In this document: piece by piece, positions 1 through 10,803 of the stretch
How the letters are laid out: each line of letters starts with the position of its first letter
Numbering within the stretch: the first letter of the stretch is position 1
From: Candidatus Multivorans sp.
Lineage (GTDB): Bacteria; Acidobacteriota; Thermoanaerobaculia; Multivoradales; Multivoraceae
Direction: 5' to 3'
Assembly (NCBI GenBank): GCA_965203495.1
Contig: CBDBDB010000016.1
Span: forward strand, 72,719 to 136,718
DNA length: 64,000 nt
Position numbers and translations under genes: made by a program
Notes under the pieces: generated by a model
Databases searched by the model: none
What the model was told of the DNA's origin: nothing
The model's input: the letters and a program-made list of their open reading frames with translations, nothing else

Positions 1-242
1 CGCGACGCGATGGAAGCTGACGACGATCACGGACCGTGCCCCCAGTTCCTCGGTCGCCTGGACCTCGTTGCCGGCCAGGGTAACCGCTCGCGGGGACTCG
101 CCGGACGCGCCGGCGCCAGCGGGGCTCAACGCCAGGCACGGAGCCAGCGCGGCGAGAAGCCGCCAACGCATCCTCCTGGCAGCCCGTGGCGGGAGTGCGC
201 ATCGCGGCGAGACGCGCCCAGGGAACATATCGATCCGGTACT

Positions 243-1118
243 TTACCGAGGAGCAACGACGCCGGAGGGGATGCATGGCCGACGGCGTCCGGGTGACGCG
301 GCCCCACGGCTGCGAACGCTGCCAGGGCCCCTTCGGAGGCGCATGATCCGGTAACGCCTGGTCATCGCGAAGGCTTCGGGATCCAGCAACCGGTCCAGTC
401 GCTCCAGGCGGCGGGTCACCGGCCCCGCGAGACGCCAGGCGGCGGCCGACAGACGGGGGAAACGCGAAGTCGAGGCGTCGCGCAGCAGGTTCAGCGTGCC
501 GAAGCCGAAGCGATGCACGATCGACTGTCCGAGACGGAGCGTCGGCAGCACCGAAGGCGTGATGTCCTGGTCCACCTCGAGCACGAGTCCGGCCGCTTCG
601 GCCCGGGCCAGGAACTCGTGCAGCGGGTGACCGCTTCTCGACCTTCCCTGATCGGTACCCACGGTGAAGTAGTCGCAGAGCAGCACGCTGCCTTCCGGCG
701 CCAAGGCGCGGCCGACCGCCTCGAAGAACTCATCGAGCCAGACGTACTGCACCGACTCGCACAGGAACAGGAGGTCGTACCGACGATCCGGCTCGAACTC
801 CTGGAACCGGCCCAGGTGAAAGCGTCGCCCCGGCAAACGCTCGGCGAAGAGCTTGCCGTGATACGGGTCGGGCGACAGGCCCTCGACGTCGTAACCCAGG
901 GCGATCAGTCGCTCGGCGATCGCGCCGGCGCCGCAGCCGACGTCGAGGACGGACGACACGCCAAGCGGCAGTTGTCCAAGGAGTCGCGCCACCAGGCGTT
1001 CCTGGGCACGGCGCAGGCCGGCCACGTCAAAGGGATCGTCGTCGTTCCAGATCCCGAAGTTCAGATGTTCGAGGCCGACGATCCGGTGGAGGAACTGGAG
1101 CGCGAAGCTCGTCTTCAC
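243..1118 (-). CDS. class I SAM-dependent methyltransferase
   Basis: Translation contains the SAM-binding motif VLDVGCGAG with methyltransferase-like flanking sequence. Start chosen as GTG at 1118 (VKTSFALQ...), because the ATG-extended ORF (to 1367) would abut the divergent amine oxidase start. Start is uncertain. Confidence 0.65.
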   Translation of the reverse strand: MKTSFALQFLHRIVGLEHLNFGIWNDDDPFDVAGLRRAQERLVARLLGQLPLGVSSVLDVGCGAGAIAERLIALGYDVEGLSPDPYHGKLFAERLPGRRFHLGRFQEFEPDRRYDLLFLCESVQYVWLDEFFEAVGRALAPEGSVLLCDYFTVGTDQGRSRSGHPLHEFLARAEAAGLVLEVDQDITPSVLPTLRLGQSIVHRFGFGTLNLLRDASTSRFPRLSAAAWRLAGPVTRRLERLDRLLDPEAFAMTRRYRIMRLRRGPGSVRSRGAASPGRRRPCIPSGVVAPR

Positions 1119-1369
1119 CTGACGCGGACTGTTTCCGTCCGCGGCGGGCCGGAACAACTGACGGCCCTGCGGCCCCGGCCAGCGACGCGGCGCCGCGGGA
1201 ACCGGCGCCGGGGCGGAAGCCGCGTGAGACCGGGAAGGCGGTGGAAGGACGCGCAGGTTCACCTCGGCGAGAGTGTAACGCTCACGGCGCCCGCGGGTTA
1301 GACTGGAATCTCGATCCTCGCGGCAGCCACTGACAGGACACGTCGTCCGAGTCCTCAAGGGGGGCAACC

Positions 1370-3358
1370 ATGCGCAAGCCCACTCTCCGTCCGACTCTCT
1401 GTCTGCTTGCGGCGGCAGCCATCCCCGCCGCCGCGGCGGACCATCCGCTCGACCAGCTCAGCTACCAGGAAGTCTGGCGCACCCTCGAGATCCTCCGCGA
1501 CGCCGGACGACTCGACGGCGAGACGACTTTCTCTCAACTCGCGCTGAGCGAACCGGCCAAGGATGTCGTCCGCGCCTGGCGAGCGGGCGACGAGATGCCG
1601 AGAGCCGCCTACGCCCTCCTTCGCCAGGGCGAGGACTCGTTCGAGGCGACCGTCGACCTGAACGCAGGGAAGGTCTCTTCCTGGACGCCGCTAACCGGCG
1701 TCCAGCCGAACTGGAGCCTGGGAGAGTTCGGGGCGGTCGTGGAGAAGGCGCTCAAGCATCCAGAATTCGTCGCGGGTCTCGAGAAGCGGGGCATCGCCGA
1801 CACGAGCTTCCTGGACTGCTCGACGATCCCGCCCGGCTACTTCGGAACCGAGGAGGAGAAGGGGCGGCGGCTCGGACATGTCCGCTGCTCCGAGGCGCGC
1901 GGCGCGAGGAACGCCTGGGCGCGGCAGATCGAGGGCCTGACCGCGGTGGTCGACCTGACGGCCGGCGAGGTGCTCAAGGTCGTCGACGACGGCGTGGCGC
2001 CGATACCCGACGTGGACGCCGACTTCGACCGGACCACGCTCGCCCATCCGCGCGAGGTCGCCGGCCCCTTCAGGATCGATCAGCCCGAGGGCGTCGGCTT
2101 CGACCTGAACGGCTACCAGGTGAGCTGGCAGAACTGGAGCTTCCACCTGCGGCCGGACCAGCGCACCGGACTGGTGGTCTCCCTCGTCGACTACCGCGAG
2201 AGCCCCGACGCGAGTCCGCGCTCGGTCATGTACCAGGGCCACCTCTCCGAGATCTACGTGCCCTACATGGATCCGGCCTTCGCCTGGTACGCCCGCAACT
2301 TCATCGACGCCGGCGAGTTCCCGGCAGGCGGTCTGGCCAAGCCGCTGCTGCGCGGCCGCGACTGCCCGGACCGCGCCGTCTACATCGACTCGATTCACAC
2401 GAACGCCCAGGGCCGGCCGCGCACGGCGCCCCGGACCACGTGCCTCTACGAACGGGAGACCGGAGACCCGTCCTGGCGTCACTACGAAGAAGAGCAGCCG
2501 GACAGCCGCAGGAGCCGCGATCTCGTCGTGCGCACCGCGGCCGTGGTCGGCAACTACGACTACCTGCTGGACTGGATCTTCCGCCAGGACGGCTCGATCG
2601 AGGTTCGCGCAGGCGCCACGGGCCTGCTCGAGGTCAAGGCAACGAGCGCCGTCTCGGCCATCCAGCCGGCGGCCGGCGCGGCGAACGCCGCCGCGGACGC
2701 GGTCCAGGCCGGAACGTCCGCCGACGCCTACGGCCGCTTCCTCGACCGCAACGTCATCGGCGTGAACCACGACCACTACTTCAGCTATCGACTCGACCTC
2801 GACATAGACGGCGCGGACAACCGGTTCGTCGCCGACCGCTTGGTCACGCGGGAGCTGCCGGCCGACCATCCCCGCCGCAGCCTCTGGGTTCAGGAACCCC
2901 ACGTCCCGCGGACCGAGCGGGACGCCCGGCTCGACATCGATCTCGCGAAGCCCGCGCTGTGGCGGATTCTGAGCGCCAGCCGGCGAAACGCGGTCGGCTA
3001 CCCCACGAGCTACCAGTTGATGCCCGGCCGCAACGCCGCCCACCTGTTCACGGCCGACGACTACTCGCTCCGACGCGCCGGTTTCATCGACCACCATCTC
3101 TGGGTGACGCCGTACGATCCGGAGGAACGTTTCGCCGCCGGCGACCACCCCACCCTGAGCGAGCCGGGAATGGGCCTGCCGGCCTGGACCGAAGCGAACC
3201 GGTCGATCAGCGACCAGGACCTCGTGCTCTGGCACACGGTCGGCATGCACCACCTGCCCCGCGCCGAAGACTGGCCCGTCATGCCGGTCATGTGGCACGG
3301 CTTCGAGCTGCGGCCATTCGACTTCTTCGACCGCAACCCGGCGCTCGATCTCCCTTGA
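1370..3358 (+). CDS. copper-containing primary-amine oxidase (TPQ cofactor), secreted
   Basis: 662 aa with N-terminal signal peptide (LCLLAAAAIPAAAA). Contains the topaquinone consensus VVGNYDY and His-rich copper-ligand motifs (HDHYF, HTVGMHHLP). SD-like AAGGGGGG precedes the ATG. Confidence 0.9.
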   Translation: MRKPTLRPTLCLLAAAAIPAAAADHPLDQLSYQEVWRTLEILRDAGRLDGETTFSQLALSEPAKDVVRAWRAGDEMPRAAYALLRQGEDSFEATVDLNAGKVSSWTPLTGVQPNWSLGEFGAVVEKALKHPEFVAGLEKRGIADTSFLDCSTIPPGYFGTEEEKGRRLGHVRCSEARGARNAWARQIEGLTAVVDLTAGEVLKVVDDGVAPIPDVDADFDRTTLAHPREVAGPFRIDQPEGVGFDLNGYQVSWQNWSFHLRPDQRTGLVVSLVDYRESPDASPRSVMYQGHLSEIYVPYMDPAFAWYARNFIDAGEFPAGGLAKPLLRGRDCPDRAVYIDSIHTNAQGRPRTAPRTTCLYERETGDPSWRHYEEEQPDSRRSRDLVVRTAAVVGNYDYLLDWIFRQDGSIEVRAGATGLLEVKATSAVSAIQPAAGAANAAADAVQAGTSADAYGRFLDRNVIGVNHDHYFSYRLDLDIDGADNRFVADRLVTRELPADHPRRSLWVQEPHVPRTERDARLDIDLAKPALWRILSASRRNAVGYPTSYQLMPGRNAAHLFTADDYSLRRAGFIDHHLWVTPYDPEERFAAGDHPTLSEPGMGLPAWTEANRSISDQDLVLWHTVGMHHLPRAEDWPVMPVMWHGFELRPFDFFDRNPALDLP

Positions 3359-3516
3359 CAGCCCGTGGTGGAAGTGCGCGGGGCGCCGAGAGCGGTCAGG
3401 CGCTCGTCCGGCAACGCGCTACGAGGGAGCATGTCGGGCTGTATTCGACCGAGGAGCAGCGATGCCGCGCGGGATGGTTGGCCGCTCGAATGCAGCGCGA
3501 CGCTCGCCACGGGTTG
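3359..3516. repeat. MITE-like nonautonomous element, copy A (about 158 bp). Termini CAGCCCGTGG...CCACGGGTTG match the TIRs of the IS at 31373-32849
   Basis: Direct comparison with 36624-36781 gives about 78-80% identity over about 158 bp. 9/10 terminal inverted repeat. Lies immediately after the amine oxidase stop codon. Confidence 0.6.
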
Positions 3517-3842
3517 TCAGATTCGGACGCGACGAGACGAGACAAATCTGTCTCGCGAGGAAGTCGGCCACACATTCCTGTGCGAAAAGAATGAGACGGC
3601 CGCATCTCCGAGTCGGTCCCTGATCTCGTCCAGGGCCTCCTGCGAGGCGCTCTCGTTCGCCTCCAAGTCCCGCTGAATCGGGGGCTTGCGGGTCGCCGTC
3701 GCGGGCCGCTGTCCAGACCGGCGGCCGGACGGGCGTCAGCCCGCGCGGTTGGCACGGTTCTAGAAACCATACGGGAAAGCCCGCCGCGGGCCCCGCCCAG
3801 TCGGCGCTCGACCGGGCCAACCGACTACGAGGAGGCACTCGA

Positions 3843-5180
3843 ATGAACTTGAGAACGCGAGGACGGACGTTTCGTCCGGGTCCGGTCTTGGGACTGGCGC
3901 CGCTCCTGGCCCTGCTGGCCGCTTCGCCGGCGGCAGCCCAAGAAGGCGTGGACGCCGGCGACACGGCATGGATGCTGACGGCCAGCGCCCTGGTGTTGCT
4001 GATGACACCCGGACTGGCGTTCTTCTACGGCGGACTGGTCCGCCGCAAGAACGTCCTGTCGATCCTCATGCAGTGCTTCCTGTGCATGGGCGTCATGACC
4101 GTGCTGTGGGTCCTGGTCGGCTTCAGCCTGGCCTTCGCGCCATCCGCCCTGGGCGGCCTGATCGGAGGCGGCGACTACTTCCTGCTCGCCGGCCTGGGCC
4201 ACGACGCGTGGGACGGCACGACCATTCCGGCGCCGCTGTTCATGATCTTCCAGGGCATGTTCGCGATCATCACTCCGGCGCTCATGATCGGGGCCTTCGC
4301 CGAGCGGATGAAGTTCAGCGCCATCTGCCTGTTCATGAGCGCCTGGCTGCTCGCGGTCTACGCTCCGGTCTGCCACTGGGTCTGGGGAGCAGGAGGAGGC
4401 TTCTTCGGATTCGGCGAAGGGGCGCTCGACTTCGCGGGCGGAACCGTCGTCCACATCAACGCGGGCGTGTCCGCCCTGGTCGCGGCGATCGTCCTCGGCC
4501 GGCGGCGCGACTACCCCGTTCACGCCTCTCCGCCCCACAACCTGCCGTTCGCCGTCCTCGGCACCGGGCTGCTGTGGTTCGGATGGTTCGGCTTCAACGC
4601 CGGCAGCGCCCTGGCGGCCAACGGCTCGGCAGCGAACGCTCTTGTCGTGACTCAGGTGGCGACCGCCGCCGCCGCCGCCGCCTGGGGTCTGATCGACTGG
4701 ATCCGCGACTCGAAACCGACGCTTCTGGGCGTCATCACCGGCGCCGTCGCCGGCCTTGTCGCCATCACGCCGGCCTGCGGCTCGGTCAGCGCCATCGGCG
4801 CGATCGCCATCGGCGCCGGCGCTTCCCTGTTCGCCTACCTCGCCGTCACCTGGCTCAAGGCCAGGCTCGGCTACGACGACTCGCTGGACGTCTTCGGCGT
4901 CCACGGCGTCGCCGGCATGTGGGGCGCGGTCGCCGCCGGACTCTGGGCCACGGACACCGTGCCCGGGAACGACGCGAACGGCCTGTTCCACGGCAACGCC
5001 GGCCAGCTCTGGACCCAGATCGAGGCGGTCCTCTTCACCATCGTCTGGGCCGCCGTCGTGTCCTTCATCCTGCTCAGGATCGTCGACCTGATCGTCGGTC
5101 TGCGCGTCAGCGACGACGAGGAGCGGATCGGCCTCGATCTCACCGACCACCGCGAGAACGCCTACACCCTGGTTGACTAG
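3843..5180 (+). CDS. amtB: ammonium transporter AmtB
   Basis: 445 aa, signal peptide plus about 11 TM helices. Strong similarity to the Amt/MEP family (e.g. FFYGGLVRRKN, FGFNAGSAL, VVHINAG). Followed by a P-II gene. Confidence 0.92.
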   Translation: MNLRTRGRTFRPGPVLGLAPLLALLAASPAAAQEGVDAGDTAWMLTASALVLLMTPGLAFFYGGLVRRKNVLSILMQCFLCMGVMTVLWVLVGFSLAFAPSALGGLIGGGDYFLLAGLGHDAWDGTTIPAPLFMIFQGMFAIITPALMIGAFAERMKFSAICLFMSAWLLAVYAPVCHWVWGAGGGFFGFGEGALDFAGGTVVHINAGVSALVAAIVLGRRRDYPVHASPPHNLPFAVLGTGLLWFGWFGFNAGSALAANGSAANALVVTQVATAAAAAAWGLIDWIRDSKPTLLGVITGAVAGLVAITPACGSVSAIGAIAIGAGASLFAYLAVTWLKARLGYDDSLDVFGVHGVAGMWGAVAAGLWATDTVPGNDANGLFHGNAGQLWTQIEAVLFTIVWAAVVSFILLRIVDLIVGLRVSDDEERIGLDLTDHRENAYTLVD

Positions 5181-5204
5181 GACCAGGGCCGAAGGAGAAG
5201 TGAC

Positions 5205-5546
5205 ATGAAGTACATCGTGGCAATCGTTCAGCCCGACCGGATGCAGGAGGTCCTCGACCTCCTGGAACAGAAGGAGATTCACCTGCTGACCGTCTCCAAC
5301 GTGATGGGCCGCGGCCGGCAGCGCGGCGTCTCCGAGGTCTACCGCGGTCACAAGGAGGCGGGCGCCCTGCTGCGCAAGCTGAAGATCGAGATCGCGGTGA
5401 ACGACGACTACGTCGACATCGTGATCGACGCGATCACGAGGGGCGCCAAGACCGGCCGGGTCGGCGACGGCAAGATCTTCGTGATGCCGCTCGAGCAGAC
5501 GATCCGCATCCGCACCGGCCAGGTCGGGAACGAGGCGATCGGATAG
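5205..5546 (+). CDS. glnK: nitrogen regulatory protein P-II (GlnK/GlnB family)
   Basis: 113 aa beginning MKYIVAIVQP...LTVSNVMGRGRQRG...GDGKIFV, with the T-loop and typical P-II length. Lies 24 bp after amtB. SD GAAGGAGAAG precedes the ATG. Confidence 0.92.
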   Translation: MKYIVAIVQPDRMQEVLDLLEQKEIHLLTVSNVMGRGRQRGVSEVYRGHKEAGALLRKLKIEIAVNDDYVDIVIDAITRGAKTGRVGDGKIFVMPLEQTIRIRTGQVGNEAIG

Positions 5547-5589
5547 CGGTTCGCGGCGGAGGCCGGGGGACCTCGCCGGTTGCGGACGC

Positions 5590-8500
5590 TCAGGTCGGCA
5601 GTCCGTCGAACAGGTCTTCGAGCGACCGCATGCGGTCGGCGATCCGCCCCCAGGCGCCTTCTTCCTTCGGCAACTGTCCCAGACTGTGCAGCCGCCGCGC
5701 CAGGAACCGGAACTCGCTCGTGTCGCGCTCGGGGATCACGAGATCCCTGCTGTGGCCGCGGACGATCCGCAGGCAGTTGATCACGGCGCGGAGCAGCCGA
5801 TAGCCCTCGCCGATCCGCGCGTACTCGTCGGCCGGCAGATGGCCCCGCTCGTGGAGCGCGCGCGCCGCGTCGAGGGTGTTCGTCTGCCGCACGTCCGGAT
5901 CGCCGGCGCCCGCCTCGATCTGCCGAACCTGGACGAAGTACTCGGCGTCGAGCAGGCCGCCGGCGCTGAACTTCGCGTTCGTCGTTCCGAGCGCCACGAG
6001 TTCCGACCGCTGACGGTTCCTGAGATGACGGATCCGCGCGACGTCGTGTGGCCGCGGATCGAAGACGAACCGCTGGCGGTGCGCTTCCACGCGGGAAGCC
6101 AGGTCCGGATCGCCGGCGACGGTGCGAAGCCGCACCAGCGACTGACGTTCGTACGGGTCCGCCTCGCCGTCGAAGCTGTAGTACGAGACGAAGCGCTGAA
6201 ACGAGGCGGCGAGCGGCGATGAAGCGCCGCCGGGCCGCAACCGCCAGTCGAGTTCGAAGATCCCGTCGCGCTTGGCGCGGATCAGCCGCGCCAGCCGCTG
6301 CGCCGCCCGCTCGTAGAACTCGCCAGCCTGGGCCCGCCGCGACCGTTCGGCGTCCCAGACGAACATCAGCTCGATGTCCGACGCGTATCCCAGATCGCGG
6401 CCACCCCACTTTCCCAGCGCGCACAGGCACCAGACTCCGGGTTCCACCCCGTCGCCGACCGTCTCTCCGACGGCTTCGGCCGCCGCCCGCGTGAGCACGA
6501 CATCGGAGAGCGTCGAGAGCTCCTCGCCGAAGTCGCCGAAGCTCTCGATCCGTCGCGTCAGGTGCCGCATGTCGATACGCCCGATCTCGTCGTCCTTGAA
6601 CCGGTTGAGCGCGTCGTCCGGCGCCTCCTGCCCTTCGAGCGCAGCCTCGAGGCGGCTCTCCAGATTCTCCCGTCCGGCGCCCAGGTCGAGATCGGCCATG
6701 CCTTCGAGCAGCGGCATCAGGTTCTCGTGCTGCCGGCGCAGGAACTCTTCCCACAGCCAAGTGCCGGCCCCCAGCACGCGGGCCAGTTCGTCGAGCGACG
6801 AAGCCAGGGCCTGCGTTGGATCGGCCACCTGTTCGCAGGCCGCATCGATCAACGCTCCGAACTGCCGGAGGGCGAGCTGCGGGTTCGGCGCCACCGCCAG
6901 CCGTCGCGCGAACTGTTTCATCAACGTTACCGTCAGCCGCAGGTGGTCGACGCCGAGCCGGTCCTCGATCTTCCCGCCGCTCCGCGTGGTGACGAACAGA
7001 CGGTCCCGCACCTCGCCTCCGACCGTGTCGAACTCCACCTTGTCGATCCAGTAGTCGCGAGTCGAGAGAACGTTGGCGAACTCGAACAGGAACATGAAGC
7101 TGTCGGGACTTCGGATCTCGATGATCGTGCAGTGGACGTCGGACTCGTTGTCGATGGCAATCGAGATCGGAGGCATGGCCTGTTCCGCATCGACGCCGGG
7201 ATCCGCCTGGCGGGCCGCCTCCATCACGCGCAGGGTCAGTTCCTCGTTGGCGCGTCGCGCGTCGCCCTCGGCCAACAGGCCCAGAATCCTGTTCAGGTCC
7301 CGCTCGAAGTCCGACCACGAGACGACCCGGTCGGCCTGGGCCCTGGCCGCCTGGACGTCGGCGGAGTACACGATGCGGGCGGGCCCATGCGCCGATGACC
7401 GCGGCGTCCGGCGTCTGGGACGGCGCTGGCGGCCGCGCCGACCGCGCGGCCGCGCCGAGCCGCGGCGGACCGCCCTGCCGGGCCGCCGGTAGAACTCCAC
7501 GTCGCCGGCGTCCTGGTAGGTGTAGGAGCTGCCGCTCAGGATCGACTGACCGTAGGCGGCGAGCAGGCCGCAGATCTTGGCGAACTCTCCCTGGTAGTCG
7601 TTGGCGACCACCGTCACCCGGCAGGTCGAACCGACGTTCCGCGCGTCGACCCGGCACAGGCGCTCGCCGTCGAGTTCGTGGATCAGCTCGACGTGACGCG
7701 CCACGTCCTCGATCGGATGGGCGAGAAAGTAGGCGCTCTCGAGACGCCGGAAGTGCTCGTCGATGAGTTCCGCCGGCAGGTCCGGGCAGCGTTCCCGCAC
7801 CTTGTGCTTGCGCTCCAGGAAGTCGATCGTCTCGTCGAAGAACTCGCCGAAGATGCGCCGCACGTCGGCCGCCGTCTCGGCGTAGCGCTCGGCCAGGTAG
7901 AGCGTGCTGACGGGCTGGCCCAGGGCGAAGGCGACCCGCCACTCGAACGTCGCCCACTGCTTCGGGTCGCGCGGAAGCTGGCGCACCGGCAGGTCGCGCT
8001 CCAGCTGCAGCACGTGCTCGACCACGCGCAGGAAGATGTAGGCCTCGCGCAGCCGGTCGTGCTCTTCCTCCGTGATCACGCGGTGCGCCCTGAGCCGCGA
8101 CATCGCCCGCAGCGTGTTCGGCGAGCGCAGGCTCTCGTTGGAGACGCCGTGGTACAACTGCAGCAACTGGACGATGAACTCGATGTCGCGAATGCTGCCG
8201 GCGCCGAGCTTCACGTTGCCGACCTCCGTGCCCTTGGAGCGGAGCGACTTCTCGATCATCCGCTTCATCTCGAAGACCTCCCGCAGCAAGGTCTCGGGCG
8301 GTCGGTCCGGGTCGAAGACGAAACGCCGCGTACCGTCGATCAGCGCCTTGGCCGCGGCCGCGTCGCCGCCGGCGAAGCGCGCCTTGATCAGGGCCTGGAA
8401 CGACCAGTTCATGCCGTAGCGCTCGTAGAAGCGGAGGTACTGCCCCACCGTCCGCACCAGGGGACCCATCTTCCCCTCCGGTCGCAACCGCATGTCCACC

Positions 8501-9087
8501 CGGAAGACGAAACCGTCGCCCGTGTTGTCGGAGATCAGGCGGATGAACCGCGGCGCCTGCCGCTGCAACCGGTGCAGGGCCTCCTGGTCGACGTCGTCCG
8601 ACGCCACGAACAGGGCGTCGATGTCCGAACTGTAGTTGACCTCCAGCCCGCCCCACTTGCCCATCGCGATGACCGCGAACGGCTCCTTGTCCAGGCAGGT
8701 CGCGTCCAGCGCCCGCTGGACGCAGACATCCGCCACTTGGGAGATCTTCCGCGTCGTCGCCGCGAAGTCGTCGAGGCCGCTGAAGTCGGCGACCGCGACC
8801 CGGATCAGCTCGCGGTACCTGAGGATGCGCAGCCAGCGGCGAACGTCCTCGTCCGGCGTCGGCCGGAGCGCGGCCATGCGCTCGCGCTGCTCGTCCGCCG
8901 ATTCCCGCTCGACGGGAAACAGCCCGTCGTCCGCCTCCGGATGCGCGTCGAGCCACCGCGCGTAGGCCGGCGCGTACTCACGCAGGATGTCGCGCTGCGA
9001 GAGCGCAAGCGTCTCCCGGGGATCTTCGGCGTCCTCGATGTCCATGGCCGCAAAGGCCTCGATCGCTTGCTCAAGGCGCGAACTCAC
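5590..9087 (-). CDS. glnE: bifunctional glutamine synthetase adenylyltransferase / adenylyl-removing enzyme GlnE
   Basis: Two nucleotidyltransferase motifs in one protein: [22 protein letters not shown] and [21 protein letters not shown]. Start assigned to GTG at 9087 with an upstream GAGGAGG SD. The ATG-extended 1291-aa ORF is rejected. An Arg-rich low-complexity linker sits between the two domains. Confidence 0.82.
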   Translation of the reverse strand: MSSRLEQAIEAFAAMDIEDAEDPRETLALSQRDILREYAPAYARWLDAHPEADDGLFPVERESADEQRERMAALRPTPDEDVRRWLRILRYRELIRVAVADFSGLDDFAATTRKISQVADVCVQRALDATCLDKEPFAVIAMGKWGGLEVNYSSDIDALFVASDDVDQEALHRLQRQAPRFIRLISDNTGDGFVFRVDMRLRPEGKMGPLVRTVGQYLRFYERYGMNWSFQALIKARFAGGDAAAAKALIDGTRRFVFDPDRPPETLLREVFEMKRMIEKSLRSKGTEVGNVKLGAGSIRDIEFIVQLLQLYHGVSNESLRSPNTLRAMSRLRAHRVITEEEHDRLREAYIFLRVVEHVLQLERDLPVRQLPRDPKQWATFEWRVAFALGQPVSTLYLAERYAETAADVRRIFGEFFDETIDFLERKHKVRERCPDLPAELIDEHFRRLESAYFLAHPIEDVARHVELIHELDGERLCRVDARNVGSTCRVTVVANDYQGEFAKICGLLAAYGQSILSGSSYTYQDAGDVEFYRRPGRAVRRGSARPRGRRGRQRRPRRRTPRSSAHGPARIVYSADVQAARAQADRVVSWSDFERDLNRILGLLAEGDARRANEELTLRVMEAARQADPGVDAEQAMPPISIAIDNESDVHCTIIEIRSPDSFMFLFEFANVLSTRDYWIDKVEFDTVGGEVRDRLFVTTRSGGKIEDRLGVDHLRLTVTLMKQFARRLAVAPNPQLALRQFGALIDAACEQVADPTQALASSLDELARVLGAGTWLWEEFLRRQHENLMPLLEGMADLDLGAGRENLESRLEAALEGQEAPDDALNRFKDDEIGRIDMRHLTRRIESFGDFGEELSTLSDVVLTRAAAEAVGETVGDGVEPGVWCLCALGKWGGRDLGYASDIELMFVWDAERSRRAQAGEFYERAAQRLARLIRAKRDGIFELDWRLRPGGASSPLAASFQRFVSYYSFDGEADPYERQSLVRLRTVAGDPDLASRVEAHRQRFVFDPRPHDVARIRHLRNRQRSELVALGTTNAKFSAGGLLDAEYFVQVRQIEAGAGDPDVRQTNTLDAARALHERGHLPADEYARIGEGYRLLRAVINCLRIVRGHSRDLVIPERDTSEFRFLARRLHSLGQLPKEEGAWGRIADRMRSLEDLFDGLPT

Positions 9088-9226
9088 TGTGTCGCCTCCT
9101 CGTCGCTGGCCCGCCGACAGCGACGGCGGCAGGATACCAGCGAACGGCGCCGCCGCACCTCGCCTGGCGCGGCGTGGTTCACGAACAGCGGCTCGCTCCC
9201 GCGGTCCGGCCCGATCCTCCGCTACG

Positions 9227-9817
9227 ATGCCGACGGTGCGCGAGGCTGCGGGCAAGAGGAGGGTCGCCGACATCGATTGGCGATCGTGGCGCGCCGTCGA
9301 CCGGGCAACCCTGACGTTCGTCCTCGACGAGGAACGCGTTCTCCTGATTCGGAAGAAGCGGGGCTTGGGAGCGGGCAAGGTCAACGGCCCGGGCGGTCGC
9401 CTGGAACCGGGCGAAGAACCCATCGACTGCGCCGTCCGGGAAGTCGAGGAGGAACTGGGCGTCACGCCTTCCGGGCTCGAGTATCGGGGCGAGAACCTGT
9501 TCCAGTTCGTCGACGGCTACTCCATTCACGTCTACGCCTTCGCCGCCTCCGGGTACGAAGGAAAGATCCGGGAGACCGAAGAGGCGGCGCCGCTCTGGAC
9601 CGACATCGCCGCCATTCCCTACGACGAGATGTGGGAAGACGACCGGCTATGGCTGCCCCACACCCTGGCCGGGCGCCAACCCCGGGGCCGCTACGTCTTC
9701 GACGGCGACCGGATGGTGGACTGGGAACTCGAGGTCGATGGACGACGCTACTTGCCGCCAGTGAACGCGGCGGCGGCGGACGCGCGGGGCGCCGCCGCGT
9801 CTTCCGGCTCGACGTAG
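9227..9817 (+). CDS. NUDIX hydrolase (MutT-like)
   Basis: Nudix box [30 protein letters not shown] (GX5EX7REUXEEXGU). ATG at 9227 is in frame with the track ORF 8987..9817. Confidence 0.75.
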   Translation: MPTVREAAGKRRVADIDWRSWRAVDRATLTFVLDEERVLLIRKKRGLGAGKVNGPGGRLEPGEEPIDCAVREVEEELGVTPSGLEYRGENLFQFVDGYSIHVYAFAASGYEGKIRETEEAAPLWTDIAAIPYDEMWEDDRLWLPHTLAGRQPRGRYVFDGDRMVDWELEVDGRRYLPPVNAAAADARGAAASSGST

Positions 9818-9850
9818 GTCCAGGCCAGGAACGGCGCCATCGTCTCGTCG

Positions 9851-10740
9851 ATGCTCCGGGCGCCCCAACCGACCGCCCGGCCGGTGTCCAGGAAGAGGTG
9901 GATCTACGTCCAGTTGACGAACAGGCGCGAGCGTGACCTCGGGCAACTCGCGATCATGGATCGGGTCCGCGGGCAGTTGCTGGCGCGCGTCCCCGAAGCC
10001 GAGGAAATCGCCGTGTCGCCGATCCACTGGATCGCGGGCGGCGACGACCAGTTCGGCGCGCGCGCCGTCACCTACAGCCTGCGGGGGCCGCGGATGGAGG
10101 ACCTCGAGTTCCATTCGGAGCGCCTGGTCGGCCTGATGAGGGCCGATCCGGCCTTCGTCGACGTCGGGACGAACTGGGAGACCGGCAAACCCACGATCGA
10201 GATCGACGTCGACCGCGACCGGGCGGCCGACCTGGGCGTGCCGGCAACCGTCATCGGCCGGACGATCCGCACCCTGCTCGCCGGCGAGAGGCTGGGCGCC
10301 TTCGAGGAAGGCGGCGAGCGCTACGACGTCCGCGTCCAGGTGCTGCCCGAGTACCGCGACACGCCGGCCAAGCTGGACCTCATCCGGCTCCGCACCGCCT
10401 CGGGTCAACTGACTCCGATCACCAACGTCGCCGACATCCGCCTCGGCGAAGGCGCGGTCCGGATCAGCCGCCAGAACCGATCCCGCGAAATCACGATCGC
10501 CGCCAATGCAGCGGAGGGCGTCGCGCAGTCCGACCTGGCCGCCCGGGTCGAACGCTACGGTCGGAAGATCGGTCTCGTCCCTCCGACTCGGCTCGTCCCC
10601 AGCGGCATGACGGTCGTCATGCGGGAGACGGGCCTCTCGCTGCTCTTCGCCTTCGTGCTGGCGATCGCGGCGATCTACATGGTCCTGGCGTCGCTCTTCA
10701 ACTCCCTGGTCCACCCGATCACGATCATGATGTCGGCGGC
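9851..10740 (+). pseudogene. internal fragment of an RND (AcrB/CzcA-type) efflux transporter
   Basis: Translation aligns to the C-terminal-half porter domain and following TM helix of RND pumps (...SRQNRSREITIAANAAEG...LLFAFVLAIAAIYMVLASLFNSLVHPITIM). It lacks about 600 N-terminal and about 130 C-terminal residues. The reading frame degenerates into non-protein-like sequence after ITIM. Confidence 0.55.
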
Positions 10741-10803
10741 GTGGACGCCGCCAGCGGAAGCGCAAGCGCCGCTCGCGGCGGCTCTGAACGGCCCGGAGCA
10801 GCC

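Noticed and set aside
3731-3760. sigma-54-like TGGCAC element upstream of amtB (ttGGcacggttctagaa)
   Set aside because: The -24 GG is present, but the -12 element reads TAGA instead of TTGC. The GC dinucleotide is absent at the required spacing. Not a convincing RpoN promoter.
5408-8956. 1182-aa minus-strand ORF overlapping glnE in another frame. Similar giant alternative-frame ORFs occur at 3825..5351, 7678..9936, 9647..11176, 12094..13443, 12405..14102, 16549..18345, 16961..18226, 18386..19846, 21088..22947, 40332..41990, 43875..46136 and 47539..49827.
   Set aside because: Translations are Arg/Pro/Gly/Ala-rich low-complexity strings with no family resemblance. They lie antisense to or out of frame with strongly supported genes. 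They are expected artefacts of about 70% GC.
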